Shown here: piece after piece, positions 26,065-39,225 of the stretch
Numbering within the stretch: position 1 is the first letter of the stretch
How the letters are laid out: the number at the start of each line of letters is the position of its first letter
NCBI RefSeq assembly: GCF_037042905.1
Contig: NC_087263.1
Coordinates: 8,930,001-8,994,000 of the forward strand
Reading direction: 5' to 3'
From: Lytechinus pictus
Lineage: Eukaryota
DNA: 64,000 nucleotides
Position numbers and translations under genes: made by a program
Notes under the pieces: model-generated
Told to the model about the DNA's origin: nothing
The model's database searches: none
What the model saw: only the letters and a program-made list of their open reading frames with translations

Positions 26065-27578
26065 TATACTCTATACTCTAACTCATTTTCTTAATTCAGA
26101 ACTCTCTAAAATATCCCAATGGTTTAAAACAAACAAACTTTCACTTAACATAAGCAAAACCAATTTTATACACTTTCGAGAAGCTAATCCACACTTACCA
26201 GCTCCCAATTTATCAATTGACGGTTTACCTCTTACTGAAAAGCACTCTACCAAATTCTTGGGAGTAACAATTGACTCCAATCTAACGTGGAATGAACACA
26301 TACACAATGTACATACATCTATATCAAGAAACATAGGAATAATTTACAAATTAAAAGACTTTCTTTCTGAAAAATCATTATTGGTTCTATACAACTCCCT
26401 AGTACTTTCACATATGATGTATTGCAATATTGTATGGGGTAACTGTAGTATAACGAAAATAAACTCTCTTCTACTTCTCCAAAAACGAGCAATTCGTAAC
26501 GTTACTCATTCGCATTATATTTCCCACACAGAACCTCTATTTCAGCGTTTAAATGCACTTAAAATACAGGATATTCACACTCTACAAACAGGTATATTTA
26601 TGTTTAGATACACTTACAATAATCTTCCATCATTATTCCAAAATCTATTCAATTTAAATTCAAATATACATGCATATCCAACTCGCCACTCTTCTGATTA
26701 TCATCTACACAACCCCAAACTTATTCTTGCTCAAAAATCAGTTCGCCATCATGGACCAGATACCTGGAATTCCTTACCACAATACTTAAAACAATGTCCC
26801 TCTCTTAACTCATTCAAATCATCCTTTAAAACATTTATGACACGCAAATACAATTCTGAATAATTTATGCATATATATAAAAAGAGTTCTACGGGTCTTG
26901 GTCAATTTTCAATTTTCTTGGTAAATTTTTAATTTCTATCTGATCTCATAAACTGTTACATCAGAAAATGAAAAAAGTTAAGTCATAGTATCAAACTTTT
27001 CTATCATTTCAAGCTGTATCCTGGAACCATTCAATAATTCCTAATTAATACTACCCCACACCCTCATATACCGACACACATACACGCACGCCCACTCTCA
27101 ACACACACACACACACTTATACATACACATACAATTTTAAATATACATTTGCACACGCGCACACGTTTGCACATGCACAAACACATGCAAATACGTCAAA
27201 TGTGCACATAATATCAGGCATACAAGGTTCTTGTTTGTAAATATCGTATTAATAATATCTGTTTATAATTAATTTAAGTCAATGCTTGATTTGTACTTCG
27301 TTCTTTTTTGTCTATTTCGCTAATACGTTTTGAGGCCGCTACCCTAGTCAAGCACTGCTTATGGTAGCGGTCTCCAGCATTTTTTTTTTGTCTACTCAAC
27401 AAAGTACAACTTATAATATTGCAAACTAATACTATCTATATACATTTTTGCAAATGAATGATTATTTGTATTTTTTTTTTGTAAAAAGAAATGTATCACT
27501 ATTTTTTTCTTTATGTTGTACATTATGTTTGTTAATTATTTCTGTTGGAAAAATGCTGAAATAAAATCAAATCAAATA
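26065..27578 (+). mobile_element. CR1/L2-group LINE 3' fragment (RT C-terminus plus 3' UTR)
   Basis: WFKTNKLSLNISKTNF…KFLGVTIDSNLTWNEHI…YCNIVWG…LQKRAIR…WNSLP. The UTR has a CA-rich tract and a GAAATAAAATCAAATCAAAT tail. Confidence 0.92.
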
Positions 27579-28003
27579 ATCCCCTTATATATTGATATGA
27601 TGAACGGCTTTAAAGCACAAATCACCCCAAGACGCTTTCTTCAAAATGGCCGCCTGCGAATACTTTGAATGAAATCGTCCAGCATCGAAAGTTTCGGGAA
27701 TTTATTTAAGCCCAAAAAAGTCTGATATGATTTTTGTAGGTCTTATTTCGATGCCATGTATAATGAAATAAGATGGTGCTTATCATTTAGCATATTTATG
27801 TTCAGCACCCTCAAATAAGTGAAAAGGAAATGAAATTAACATACTTTTATCAAAATTTGTACTTTTCTGGGGCCATTGGCAACATTGATATTTATCATTA
27901 TGTTCAAGCATTACCAAATCAACATACTAATGAAATCATGCATGACACTTAATGTAACTTTTGTTCAAAATTAAAAGAGTAGGTCAAACCTTACGCATAT
28001 TAA

Positions 28004-28575
28004 AGGACAAGTTCACCCCAGCAAAAAGTTGATCCAACAAGCATAATACCGAAAATTTCATCAAAATTGGATGTAAAATAAGAAAGTTATGACATTTTGA
28101 AGTTTTGCTTAATTTCATATACCAGTTATATGCACATCCTGGCTGGTATGCAAATGAGGAGACTATGACGTCATCCACTCACTATTTATTTTGTATTTTA
28201 TTATATGAAATATGAAATATTCTAATTTTCTCTTCATTGTCAAGTGATACAACGATTAATTCCTCCCTGAACATGTGGAATTAGCATTATTTCATACTAT
28301 ATGGTCCAGTCAAGTTGGTCCTTATTGTCAAATCTATAAAAAAATGAAATATTGTATAATTCAAACAATAAAAACCAAAAGAAATAGCGAGTGATCGACA
28401 TCATTAACTGACTCACCTAGTTGTGCATATCACTGTTTTGTGAAAAATAAGCGAATCTTTAAAATGTCATAACTTTCTCATTTTATATCCGATTTTGATG
28501 AAATTTTCAGCACTATGCTAGTTTGATTTTTATTTATTTATTCAATTCATAATTTTCCTGGGGTGGACTTGACCT
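28004..28575. mobile_element. Kolobok-like MITE inserted in the right arm of the large foldback
   Basis: Ends TTAA|AGGACAAGTTCACCCCAG and CTGGGGTGGACTTGACCT|TTCA. It interrupts one arm unit. Confidence 0.8.
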
Positions 28576-30689
28576 TTCAGTGAATTTTATTGTATTTTCC
28601 GCCTGTCCATTATCTTGTCAGCCATGTTATTTTTTGGTAAAATTAAATGTTATTTTATTGCCATGTCAATGCCTTAAGATGTTATTTATACATTTAACAA
28701 CAAACATGTACGTGTATGTTTGGCACCCTAAACTAGTGGAAATGAATGAAAAATAAGATTCTACAAAGTACTTTCTTTATCAAAGATGGTATTATTTTCT
28801 GGGGAATAAAATGATCCGTTGCCATGGCAACAGAACACACATTTGCAAACATTGATATCATTAAATTCAAGCATAACCAAGGCAACATAAGTTTTTATCA
28901 TGCTAATGAACTCATGCGGAACACTTACTGTAATTTTTTTCAAAACTTAATGACTGGTCAAACCTTATGTAGATTAAGTAAATCTTTACTTTACATTCCA
29001 CCTGTCCATTATCATTTCAACTGTGTTATCTTTTTAAATTGTATCTTAATTGGTTGCCATGGCAATGGCAGAAGATGTTATTTATATATTAACAGCAAGC
29101 ATATATATGCTTAGCACCCTAACATTAGGGGAAATGAAATAAAAATCAGAATTTACAATGTTTTTGTTTATCAAAGCTGATACTTTTCTGGGGGGAAATG
29201 GGCTGTTGCCATGGCAACGAGACATTTGAAACACTAATATTTTTCATTAAATTCAAGTGTTACCAAGGCAACATAATTTTATTATTCTAATGAACTAATG
29301 CAGAACACTTACTTAATTTTTTGTTCAAAATTAAATGACTGGCCAAACCTTTCGCATATTGAGTTATTTATAATTGTATTTTCCACCTGTCCATAATCTT
29401 GTCATCCAAATTATTTTTTTTTGTAAATTAGATATTATTTGGTTGCCATGGCAATAGCTTCAGATGTTATTTATACATTTTGCATCAAACATATTTATGT
29501 TTAGCACACTAAGATTAGGGGAAATGCAAGAAAAATCAGATTCTACAGTCCCTTTTTTAATCAAAACTGGTACTAAATGATCCGTTGCTATGGCAACAGG
29601 CCATTTGGAACATTGATATTTATCGTTGAATTCAAGTATTACCAAGGCAACATCAATGTTTATCATTCTAATTAGTTCATGCAGAACACTCACTATATTA
29701 TTTTCCCCTAAATTAATTGAGTAGGTCAAACCTTACGCATGTATATTAAATTAATTTTCATTGTATTTTTCACCTTTCCATAACCTTGTCATCCATGTTG
29801 TTGTTTTTTTTAATTAGATGTTATCTGGTTGCCATGGCAATGGCTTAAGATGTTATATTTATAAATTTAGTCACAAACATATCTCGATTAGTACCTTAAT
29901 ATTAGGGAAAATGGAATGATGATCATACATGTATTCTACATTTTATCAACATTTTTACCTTTCTAGAGGGAAATAAGCTGTTGCCATGGCAACAGGCCTT
30001 GTGCAAAATTGTTTCTTTTTAAATTTAATTCAAGCATTACCAAGGCAATACAATTTTTTATCTTTATAAAGAACTCCTGCAGAACACTTTCTGTATTTTT
30101 CGTTCAAATGAGGGGGTCAAAACTTAAGCATACAGATTAAGTCAATTCTAATTGTATTTTCCACCTGTCCATTGTCTTGTCAACCATGTTATTTTTTGTA
30201 AATTAGATGTTATTTGGTTGCCATGGCAATGGCTTGAGATGTGATTTACACATTTAGCAACCAAAATATCTTTGTTTAGCACTGTCAAATTAGGGGAAAT
30301 TAAAGATAAATCATATTCTACAACGGTTTTGTAATCAAAATTTTTATTTTTCTGGGGAAAAACAAGCCGTTGCCATGGCAACGGACCAATTGGAGCTATC
30401 TTGGTGATCTTGAATATTTCTAAATTTCATATGTTTTCAATTGGGAGCCTGAAAATCATCATTTTGGTCATCTATATCATGTTTATTTACCATTTACATG
30501 GGAATGTATGTCATTTTGGAGAAATTAAACCGTTGCCATGGCAACGGCCGAAAATGGCATTTAAAAATTTACCTCCCATCTTTAAAATAAATCTTACGGC
30601 ATATACTTATACTTGTGAAAGTTTCATGCTTTAGTCAAAATTTGCACAATTGTTGTGATTTTTGGAGCTTATCCGCTCTACTATTTACA

Positions 30690-31975
30690 TAGGCAAGTGC
30701 GATAAAGGAACCAGTCAAATTATCGACCAATTTCTGTTGCATGCCATATCTCCAAAACTCTTTGAAAATGAAATACAAAAGTCAATTATTTTATTACCTT
30801 CATCAAAATGACTCGATAAACATTGATAAGTTTGCCTTCATACATATAACCAACCACTCAACCATTATTTCCTTACACGAAGTAGTTAATATGTCTGTAA
30901 TAATATGTCTGTAAAGCGCTCAGAGACGTCGTTCCGATGTATTAAGCGCTATATAGATGCAGAATATTATTATTATTATTATGGTTGATGACTGATTGGA
31001 ATCATTAACAATAATGATATTCCAAAATATTTTGATTCCATTGATCGCGAATTATTATTAAAAAAACTGAAATGTTATGGTATTAAGGGGTCAGAAATAG
31101 ACTCAAACGTTGTCTCAACGAACACAAATAGTTAATTTTCATGGCCAGTTTCCTAAAACAGATGTTATTACAGGTGTGCCCCAAGGCAGTGGCCCCTTTT
31201 ATTTCATTTATTGGCCCCATTTTATTTTAATTATTGATGTTACAGATTGTTTGAAATATTGTTCATGTTATATTTTGGCTGACGATGTTGTTATCTACTA
31301 TTCGCACAAAAATGTTGACGAAACCATAACTACACTACAAAATGATTTGAAGACACTTACCTCTTGGTACAACAATGATAAATTTTGTATTATGGATATT
31401 GATTAGACCAAATCAATGTGTTTTATTACAAGGTCTTCTTTTCAAATAAATATATTAGCGGAAATAAGAAAATTGAACAAGTGAATAACATTCGATATCT
31501 TGGAGTAATGATCGATAGTAAGTTGCTACCCCAAAAAAATATTTGCTCGGGGAAAAATGATTTGAATGTTTTGAATATAATGTACAAAAACTGTTAGTTA
31601 GTTATTCAACCTAATATTGATTATTTCATGCTCTGTGTGGGGAAACTGTTCATCCTAAAACAAGCAGACACACGCTTAAAAAAAAAGGCTGCAAGGATGG
31701 TAACAAAAAATATTTGATTTTGAAAATACCAATAGTCTAAATTAAATTAAGTCTTTAAAATGTAAATCTTTCGTACAAAGAAGAGATTATTTCAAGCATT
31801 GCTGATATTCAAATGTGTTCATGGATTTGTTCCCACAAGAATGTGCAAAAACATTGAAATGAACTTTGATAGACGTGGCTGTAACACTTTTCGGCCGATG
31901 CTCCAGATGTAATCTTACCAAAACCCAATTTAGAACGTTTCAAGCATGGTTTTGTATGTATAAGGGGGGGGGGGT
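30690..31975 (+). mobile_element. Highly decayed CR1/L2-group LINE RT region, interrupted by a short L2-type tail at ~30905-30982
   Basis: Remnant motifs LLLKKLKCYGIKG, ITGVPQGS, ILADDVVIYY, YLGVMID and PKPNLERFK, with many stops and frameshifts. Confidence 0.8.
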
Positions 31976-32025
31976 AACCTGTTGAACACCTTGACATATG
32001 CCATGAAAAAAAAATCAATTTGAAA

Positions 32026-32260
32026 AAAATGGCAGAGGTAGTAATGGCAGAGGTCAAAATGGCAGAGGTAAAAGTGGTAGAGGTAAAAATGACAAAGGTA
32101 AATATCGCAGAGGTAAAAAAGACAGAGGTATAATGGCAGAGGTAAATATGGCAGAGATTAAAAATGGCACACTAGGAGACGTAATATAAATGGCAGAGGT
32201 AAAAATGGCGGAGTTAAAACTGGCAGAGGTAAAGATGGCAGAGGCAAAGATGACAGAGAT
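32026..32260 (+). repeat. 15-bp tandem repeat (AAAATGGCAGAGGTA)n
   Basis: Directly visible degenerate array. Confidence 0.9.
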
Positions 32261-32856
32261 ATGGGGTGCTGGTTTGTTAAAAAGCCCGAAAAAATTTCAC
32301 TCCAAAATTAAACGGGATTTTGTTCAGAAGGGAAAATATTACCAAAAATAAGAATTTATTCCAACACAATGAAGTTCATCCAGGTCACAAAAATTACAAA
32401 CCAAAAATAATAATAATTAGATAATAAAGAAAAAAAAATTCGTCTGTCCAAAAATAACTTGTCTCACATCTCTACATTTTAGCATACCAACCTAATTTCC
32501 AGGGGGTGCTGCTTATAGTGTACAAAATACCCAACAATACCGCCTCTTCCAAGGGTTATGATCATCAAAGCCTGATATATTTGTTTAATATATCATAGTG
32601 GATGCAGTGGTATTGGGTCCAGGGTCTTCTTTTATTTAAAGAATCTACCAAATTGGTTTACCAGGCAAAACAGGATTATTATTGATTTTCATAAATTACA
32701 AAATCAATGCCGAACCTGGGAATGCATGCTTTTTGTCATTCAAATATATATAAAAAATATTATTACAGACGACATACAAATAAGGATAATAATACATTTG
32801 ACGACATCATTCGTGACAATTTTAACGCCTATGCTTTCCTCTATATATTCTCTCTA

Positions 32857-34532
32857 CAGTGCGTCCCAAAAAAAAACTATACACTTTTGAAATGGCTGCC
32901 AAATAAAAAATGTATCATTTTGGGGGAAAAGACTTATAGATATGGAAAGCCTATAACGTCAACTTTCAAATGACACCAAAAAGTTTGAAAACTATTCATG
33001 CTTGAGCGAGCACTGCCCACTGAAACAAAGTTGTGATCAGTTTGTTGTTTGTGACAATTTAATGCGTTATTAAATTGAAATTTAATGCATGAGTGATCAT
33101 GAATTGGGTGCAGCATTTTGTCTTATCGTGTGGATCTCAACAATGTGTTCACGACAGTCAGGAGAAGAGGGGGTAATATGACTTAGGTAGGTGAAGTACG
33201 TTGATGGGGTAAAGGTCAACAGAACATTTAGCAACCCCTCTCTCTATCTCAACCCCCCCCCCCCCCCGCTTCTCTCCTCCTGATAGACTAAGCTCAGCTA
33301 GGCTGGGCAGGAATTAGCCTTACAGTTTTTTTAGTGGTTAGTCCTTTGGAACTTGTTAAGCTAAATTAATGAGTGAGATAAGTTTGGGTTTCTTAGGCAA
33401 ATTTCATGAGTTACTAAATTGAAATTTAATGCATGAGTGAACAGGAATTGTGATTTTATTGTAGCATATTCATCTTGTGAACCTCAGAAGTGTGTTCGTG
33501 AGAGTCATAATGTGATGGTACCCGTTACAAGCAAGAGGGCGAGATATGCTAAGACTTGGTTAAAAGGGCATTCCTCTTCTTTTTTTCCTTTTACAAATTA
33601 AAAGTCATATGTACCCTCCCCTCTCCACCTCCATTTACCAGCCCCCCCCCCCCCCCCCCCTCTCTCTGTCTCACTTCCTGCATTGTAGCCTATTCAAAAC
33701 TTAACTGCCAAGTGACTGGTGGCTGATGGTCAGTTTTTTTTTCAATGATTACCAAGAAATTTAATGATTAATGAAATAATTAATTGAAAAAAAAGGAATG
33801 TTTGATTGATCACCTTGCACATTGAATAAGTTGATTTACTGATAAATTGTTGATTAAATGATTGATAGGAAAAAATTGATGTCCCAATTCAGAATTAATC
33901 ATAATCAACATTCTGCTCTGGACTCCACGCGTACATGACAATAGCCATCAATCTCTCAACAGGAGGGGAGGGCGGGAAAGAGGGAGGGGGCGGGGGCTGA
34001 ATGTTCTGTTGACCCTTATTCCATCAACCTACTTCTCTCACTTAAGTCCTATCTCACCCCCTATTCTCCCGACTCCCATGAACACATTGCTGAGATCCAC
34101 ATGATAAATTTGAAATGCTGCCCAAAAGAGATCCAAATGATAAAGTTGAAATGCTGCCCAAAAAGTGTAATTTGTGTTCACTCATGCATTAAAGTTCAAT
34201 TTAATAATTTATAAAATTTGCTTAAGCAACCAAAACTGGTCATGGTTGATCATTAATTTATCACATCGCCCTTAACTTTGCAAGTTCGAAAGGATTTGCC
34301 TCTCAAAAACTTACATAAATTGGAAGGCTAATTCCAGCCCACCCTAATTTTCATACCCTTTGTTTCAGTGGGCAGTGCTCGCTCAAGCATGAATAGTTTT
34401 CCAACTTTTTGGTGTCATTTGAAAGTTGACGTTATCGGCTTTCCATATATGTAAGTCTTTTCCCCCCAAATGCTTTATTTTTTTAATTTGGCAGCCATTT
34501 CAAAAGTGTATAGTTTTTTTTGGGACGCACTG
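32857..34532. mobile_element. Tc1/mariner-type MITE
   Basis: TA|CAGTGCGTCCCAAAAAAAAACTATACAC, a ~170-bp TIR, and GGGACGCACTG|TA. Confidence 0.88.
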
Positions 34533-35002
34533 TATATGTGTTTTTCCCCGCCCCCAAAAGCCTTTCTGTCTCCCCACTGCTCTTATGTTTTCTCTTTCTT
34601 TTTTATTGGTAAACCTGGCAAAGCTTTAGATCAAAAGAACCAGCCAGACAAAAAGGAATGTTATAAAAAGATGAATGAGAATAGTGCAGTTTCATTTTGC
34701 TTCTGATAAATTGAATAGAAAAATATATGTCCTTTGATTTCTTTTTAAAACCCCTCATGGTTCACCTCCACCGAATTCATAAATATCATTAGGCCGATGA
34801 ATTGCCTAACCGCTACATGCACTTCAGGCAAATAATACATTTTTAAAAGCACCTCATATCGCTGTATATATGCGGGATTTTCTTTTTTTTTCATCTTTAT
34901 TAACGATAACGAAACCGAAACGATGTGTAAAACATCACTAGTTGCAAAACATTATGTCAGTGGAATGATAACTATTATTACTCTTGCTAGAGAAGTCAGT
35001 TA

Positions 35003-35322
35003 TGCCTCTGCCCTTTTTTACCTCTGCAATATTTACCTCTGCCATTCATGCCAATATACCTCTGCCATTATTACCTCTGCCATTTTTACCTTTGCCATTT
35101 TCACCTTTGCCATTTTCACCTCTGCCATTTTTACCTCTGCCATTTTTACCTTTGCCATTTTCACCTCTGCCATTTTTACCTTTGCCATTTTCACCTTTGC
35201 CATTTTTACCTCCGCCATTTTTACCTCTGCCATTATTACCTCTGCCATTTTTACCTCTGCCATTTTCACCTTTGCCATTTTACCTCTGCCATTTTACCTC
35301 TGTCATTATTACATCTGCTATT
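35003..35322 (-). repeat. 15-bp tandem repeat (TACCTCTGCCATTTT)n, inverse of 32026-32260
   Basis: Directly visible array. It accounts for the low-complexity ORFs at 34923-35447. Confidence 0.92.
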
Positions 35323-35785
35323 TTTTTTTACTTTGTAGTGTGTACTATACCTTATCGTCCAAAGCGATTATGGTAGGGGAGGGTGGTCGCGTATTAGAAC
35401 AACCACTCGTGCCTACTGTACGAGTTGTGTCTGCAGGCAGCGTGTAAAGCGATAGATGTTGCTAGAACATAAATAACACGAAATTCTGTTACGGGACTAC
35501 AATTAATTAGTGCACGCTCATAGTTCGAAAAGGCGGAGTCGATTTCCGATGGAAAATTTACCTTCATGACTGCGAAAGTCCCGTGACGCGGTGAGCGCAA
35601 TAAGGTGAAACATAGAAATTACAAAATTTTCGGATAAATCATTAACTTTGGCGCAGTTATTCACCATATTCTTGTTTTTTTTTTAGCCGGAATGAGATGG
35701 GTACCAAAATTTCCGCCAGAATTTCAACTTTAACATAAACGGCATTTTAGTGTGACTCAGGCCAGGGTGGAAATGGGTCGTCAGG

Positions 35786-36594
35786 GGGTGCGTTTATCCG
35801 CCACTTTTTTACCCTAGAATCATGATTCAAATCATGATTCTGCAGAATAACGATTGCGTTTAGTCGAAATTGAATATAATCATGATTAGAATCACAAACA
35901 TGAAACACGAAAAAAGGGGCGTTTGGAAAGACGTTTCTGCAGAATCACGTACGAAAATGTTCGAATAAACGATATCGTGATTTGAATCATGATTCTGACC
36001 TCATGCACTGTGTCGGGCTACTTTCGGTTTGACTATTGCCAAGCTCAATGCGCTATATATGCTCATTGTACGTACATGATTATGTACTATGCATGCATTT
36101 CTTGTCATGTTCAAGTTCTGTGTTGGTCATCGCATCGTCCACTACTGTTCATTTTTTGGTCATGTCTTCAACTTCAAGTTCTAGTAAATGAATTAACTGG
36201 ACAGACAATGATCTCAGTTGTTGTTGAGTATACAGTATCAATATTAAATTGGATCTACGCTGAAATTCACTTCCGAACACCATTTTGGATAAACTAACAA
36301 GATGAATAGAAGCATATGGACCCTATATGATAGAAGTAAACAAAATTAGGTATAGACTGAATTCTGGAAGCAAAAGATTTTTCGAGAGCCGAAACACGTG
36401 CGAAAAACTTCCTCTGTCAAACTGCGCACTAGTGATGCGCACTGGATTGGCCCGAATCTGAGGAGAAACAGCATTGGAATGAAGGTCGTCTAAACGCTGA
36501 TTCTGTGATATTGTGATTCATGTTTGTGTTTTGAATCATGATTCAAATCATGATTCAAATCATGATTCTCGCTTGAGGTCGCATAAACGCAGCC
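35786..36594 (+). mobile_element. Harbinger-like MITE with GAATCATGATTC repeats, copy 1
   Basis: Ends GGGTGCGTTTAT and ATAAACGCAGCC, with a 3-bp AGG duplication. Confidence 0.8.
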
Positions 36595-37864
36595 AGGATC
36601 CAACAAAGAAGCAGAGCATGCAAATAATTACACTCGGTTTTAAATCATTTTTTTTTTTACAATTTAATTTTTAACATCTCCAATGTATTCTTCACCATGC
36701 ATTTTTTGACAAATAAACCCAAGATTTTTCACTGAAAAAAAACAAACAAAATTGATGAGAAACTTGGAGGAGAGGGACATCACACCAAGCCCCACCAGTA
36801 GTAGGCCTGTCTGGGCACTTAATTGGATGTCTGAACTGACGAATCTTAGGGAAAGGGCCTGGAATATAGGGAAAGTAGTTTCCAACGGTTTAGACAATGG
36901 AGTTGGTAATCGACTTAGACCGATTGTCCAGTCTCTTGACATATTATTTACGCTCAAGTATGTTGTATTGTTTTCCTGAGTCTAACGAAATTGCTTTAAA
37001 ATACATGAATTGCAATGAAATCACCCCCAATTTAATATCATTTTTGTAATATTTGAAAGGTGTATAAAGCGCAATTAAACCCCTATTTTCCAGGTTCATT
37101 CTTTATCTATTATATTATCTTCTCCCTTTTCCTCCTCTCCTCTCCTTCGTTCTTTCCTTTTGTTCTCTTTTTCTCTTACTTAATTTTCATTCTGTTCTCC
37201 CCCTTAATTTTTTAAAAGATTTTCTTCCTTTTTCGATCTTTTCTGTCTTATTTATTTTTTCTTCTCCTCTTTTTTTTTCTTTTCATGTTTTTCTCTTGTT
37301 ATAACTCGTATTCTTCTCTCCTTTCCCTTCCTTCCTATCTATCTATCCATCCCAATAATCATATAATCTCTTCCGAACGACCTGATATAATACAGTTTGT
37401 TTTTCTACCTCGCTTTTTCATTTGCGTATTTTGTCAAATTTGATTAGATTATCATGTCGTCCATTTTTAGATATTTGATGTACACCCATTTGTATTCAGA
37501 TTTCTAATTTCCCTGCTTCTTCTCTCTCTCGTATTTTTTATGTTATATTTCTTCTTCTTTGCATATCTTTCTTGTATATACTTTCTTTATTTACCCCTGA
37601 TAATCACTCTCCTTTTGTCCTGATATTTAATGTACAGTGTATATTGTTATGTATTTCCCAATCGTCTTAGGTTTTTAATTGTATTTGTAATTGTATATTT
37701 AACTGTGCTATTTTCATTTGTATAATTGTCAATAATCCAACTACAATGGTTGCATTTAATGTGTAAAAAATGTTCCCTCTTCCCTCCCTTTTCCAAAACG
37801 TGGGGGAACATTGACGCTATGTCAACCAGTATTCCTTATTTGCATTGATTTTACAACATATTAA

Positions 37865-39225
37865 AAAAAAGAGTTGCCAGAGCTGTTGTACATATTGTAA
37901 TTGATCAAACTTCTGTATATCAGGCAAGGTGCCGTGTAGTGTTCGAATGGTCTATGTCCGCCTACACCGGAAAAGTCCGGAGTTCGATTCCCGGCACAGC
38001 CATTGATCATGGCATTTATCTATACCTGCATTGCTCTTTTATTTTGCATCAAAGAAATGAGAATGCTTCATGCATTGTTGATACAATGTGTGCACGTGCT
38101 AAAAAACACAAACAACAAATGTTCCCTTTTTTTACCATTATACATGTTTATAAAATGATAACATTAAAACCCTCAAAAAGTAAACAAAAATCACGAAGAC
38201 CTTCAAAATTGTCAATACAAAGCAACCAAACTTTAACGTTTTTCACAGACGATATCAGAGATTTTATTTAAACAATTGTAGAGGTTATCGTCCAATTAGG
38301 CAATGCCCTAAATCCTGAAATAAAAAAATAGAAATTGCGATTACAAATGAACAGACTTTAAATAGACTCAAAGAAGACATAATGATTTCTAAGCCACGAA
38401 ATACGAAAAGTGAAGAAACACCATAACATTATACATCCATGACATCAGTAATACTCTTAGCATTGTTTTCACATGTTTAAATAAGATAGTTGCAAGAGCT
38501 GTCACATGTAATTCATCAAATTTGTTCATATTTTTCCCGTTACCAATATATACATTTATTGTATAATAAAAATATTATAACACCATAACCCTTAAAGAAA
38601 TTACATATATAATGCTAATTCCTTAAAAATTACCAAAAGAAAAAAAGCAAACTTATACTTAAAGACAATATAATATTATTTTTATTTCTTAAGAATCCCT
38701 TCTAAATATTCAATGTTCTAGATACTAAAATGGAAAAATTAAACTTTTGTTAAAGAAAACAGACTTTAGATAGAAACAAAGAAGACCTATTTTATGATTT
38801 CTAAGCCAAGGAATAGTAAAATTGAAGAAACACCATAATATTATACATTAATGATACTATATTATATTGATTTCACAGTAAAGGAGTTGCCAAAGCTGAT
38901 GTACATGTAATTGATCAAATATGTTTATATTGCTTCCGTGTTTTTCACCCATATACAGAATTGCAAAAAAAATGATAATACTAAAATCCTCCTTAGAAAT
39001 AATATAAAACAAACAAACTGTTTTACATTATTTACAGACAATAAAAGATGATATTACTCCATAAGGATCCCATCAAATTAGGCATAGCCCTCAATGCTAA
39101 AATAGAAAAATGCAAATAAGGTTACAAGTGAACAGACTTGAAATAAACACAAGGAAGACATATCTTTTGTGATTTCTAATCCAATAAATACGAAAACTGA
39201 AGAAAGATTATGATATTATAATAAG
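37865..39225 (+). repeat. Three diverged tandem units of ~400 bp downstream of the GS-like stop codon
   Basis: AGTTGC.A.AGCTG…TGTAATT.ATCAAA occurs at ~37872, ~38488 and ~38885. AACAGACTT…GAAGAC occurs at ~38350, ~38758 and ~39131. Confidence 0.75.
37928..38002 (+). mobile_element. tRNA-derived SINE head or tRNA pseudogene
   Basis: B-box GAGTTCGATTCCCGG and a CACAGCCA end, but imperfect stems. It lies in a ~200-bp insertion unique to the first tandem unit. Confidence 0.5.

Larger units (their letters stand above)
15114..30683. mobile_element. 15.6-kb foldback DNA transposon (Academ-like TAG…CTA ends), non-coding, with nested insertions
   Basis: Ends TAGTAGAGCGGATAAGC and GCTTATCCGCTCTACTA. 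Inverted arms at 15114-~16750 and ~27780-30683 are built from ~385-bp units. Flanks are CTTA/TTTA (imperfect short TSD). Confidence 0.8.

Noticed and set aside
15114..30683. Polinton/Maverick (AGTAG start, ~15 kb, long TIRs)
   Set aside because: There are no polB, integrase, ATPase or capsid remnants and no clean 6-bp TSD (ACTTAT vs ATTTAC). The length is explained by nested insertions, and TAG…CTA ends fit better.
32026..35322. Short repeat arrays (also 53155-53410 and 5730-6530) as CRISPR arrays
   Set aside because: They are tandem units without unique spacers, there are no cas genes, and the context is eukaryotic.
34923..35447. Several 80-174-aa ORFs with pentapeptide-like repeats (TSAIF, LPLPF, MAEVK, YLCHF)
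   Set aside because: They are translations of a stop-free 15-bp tandem repeat that is open in multiple frames on both strands.
37928..38002. Functional tRNA gene
   Set aside because: The D and anticodon arms are poorly formed, there is an extra base in the T stem, and it lies within an insertion. It is treated as SINE-derived.
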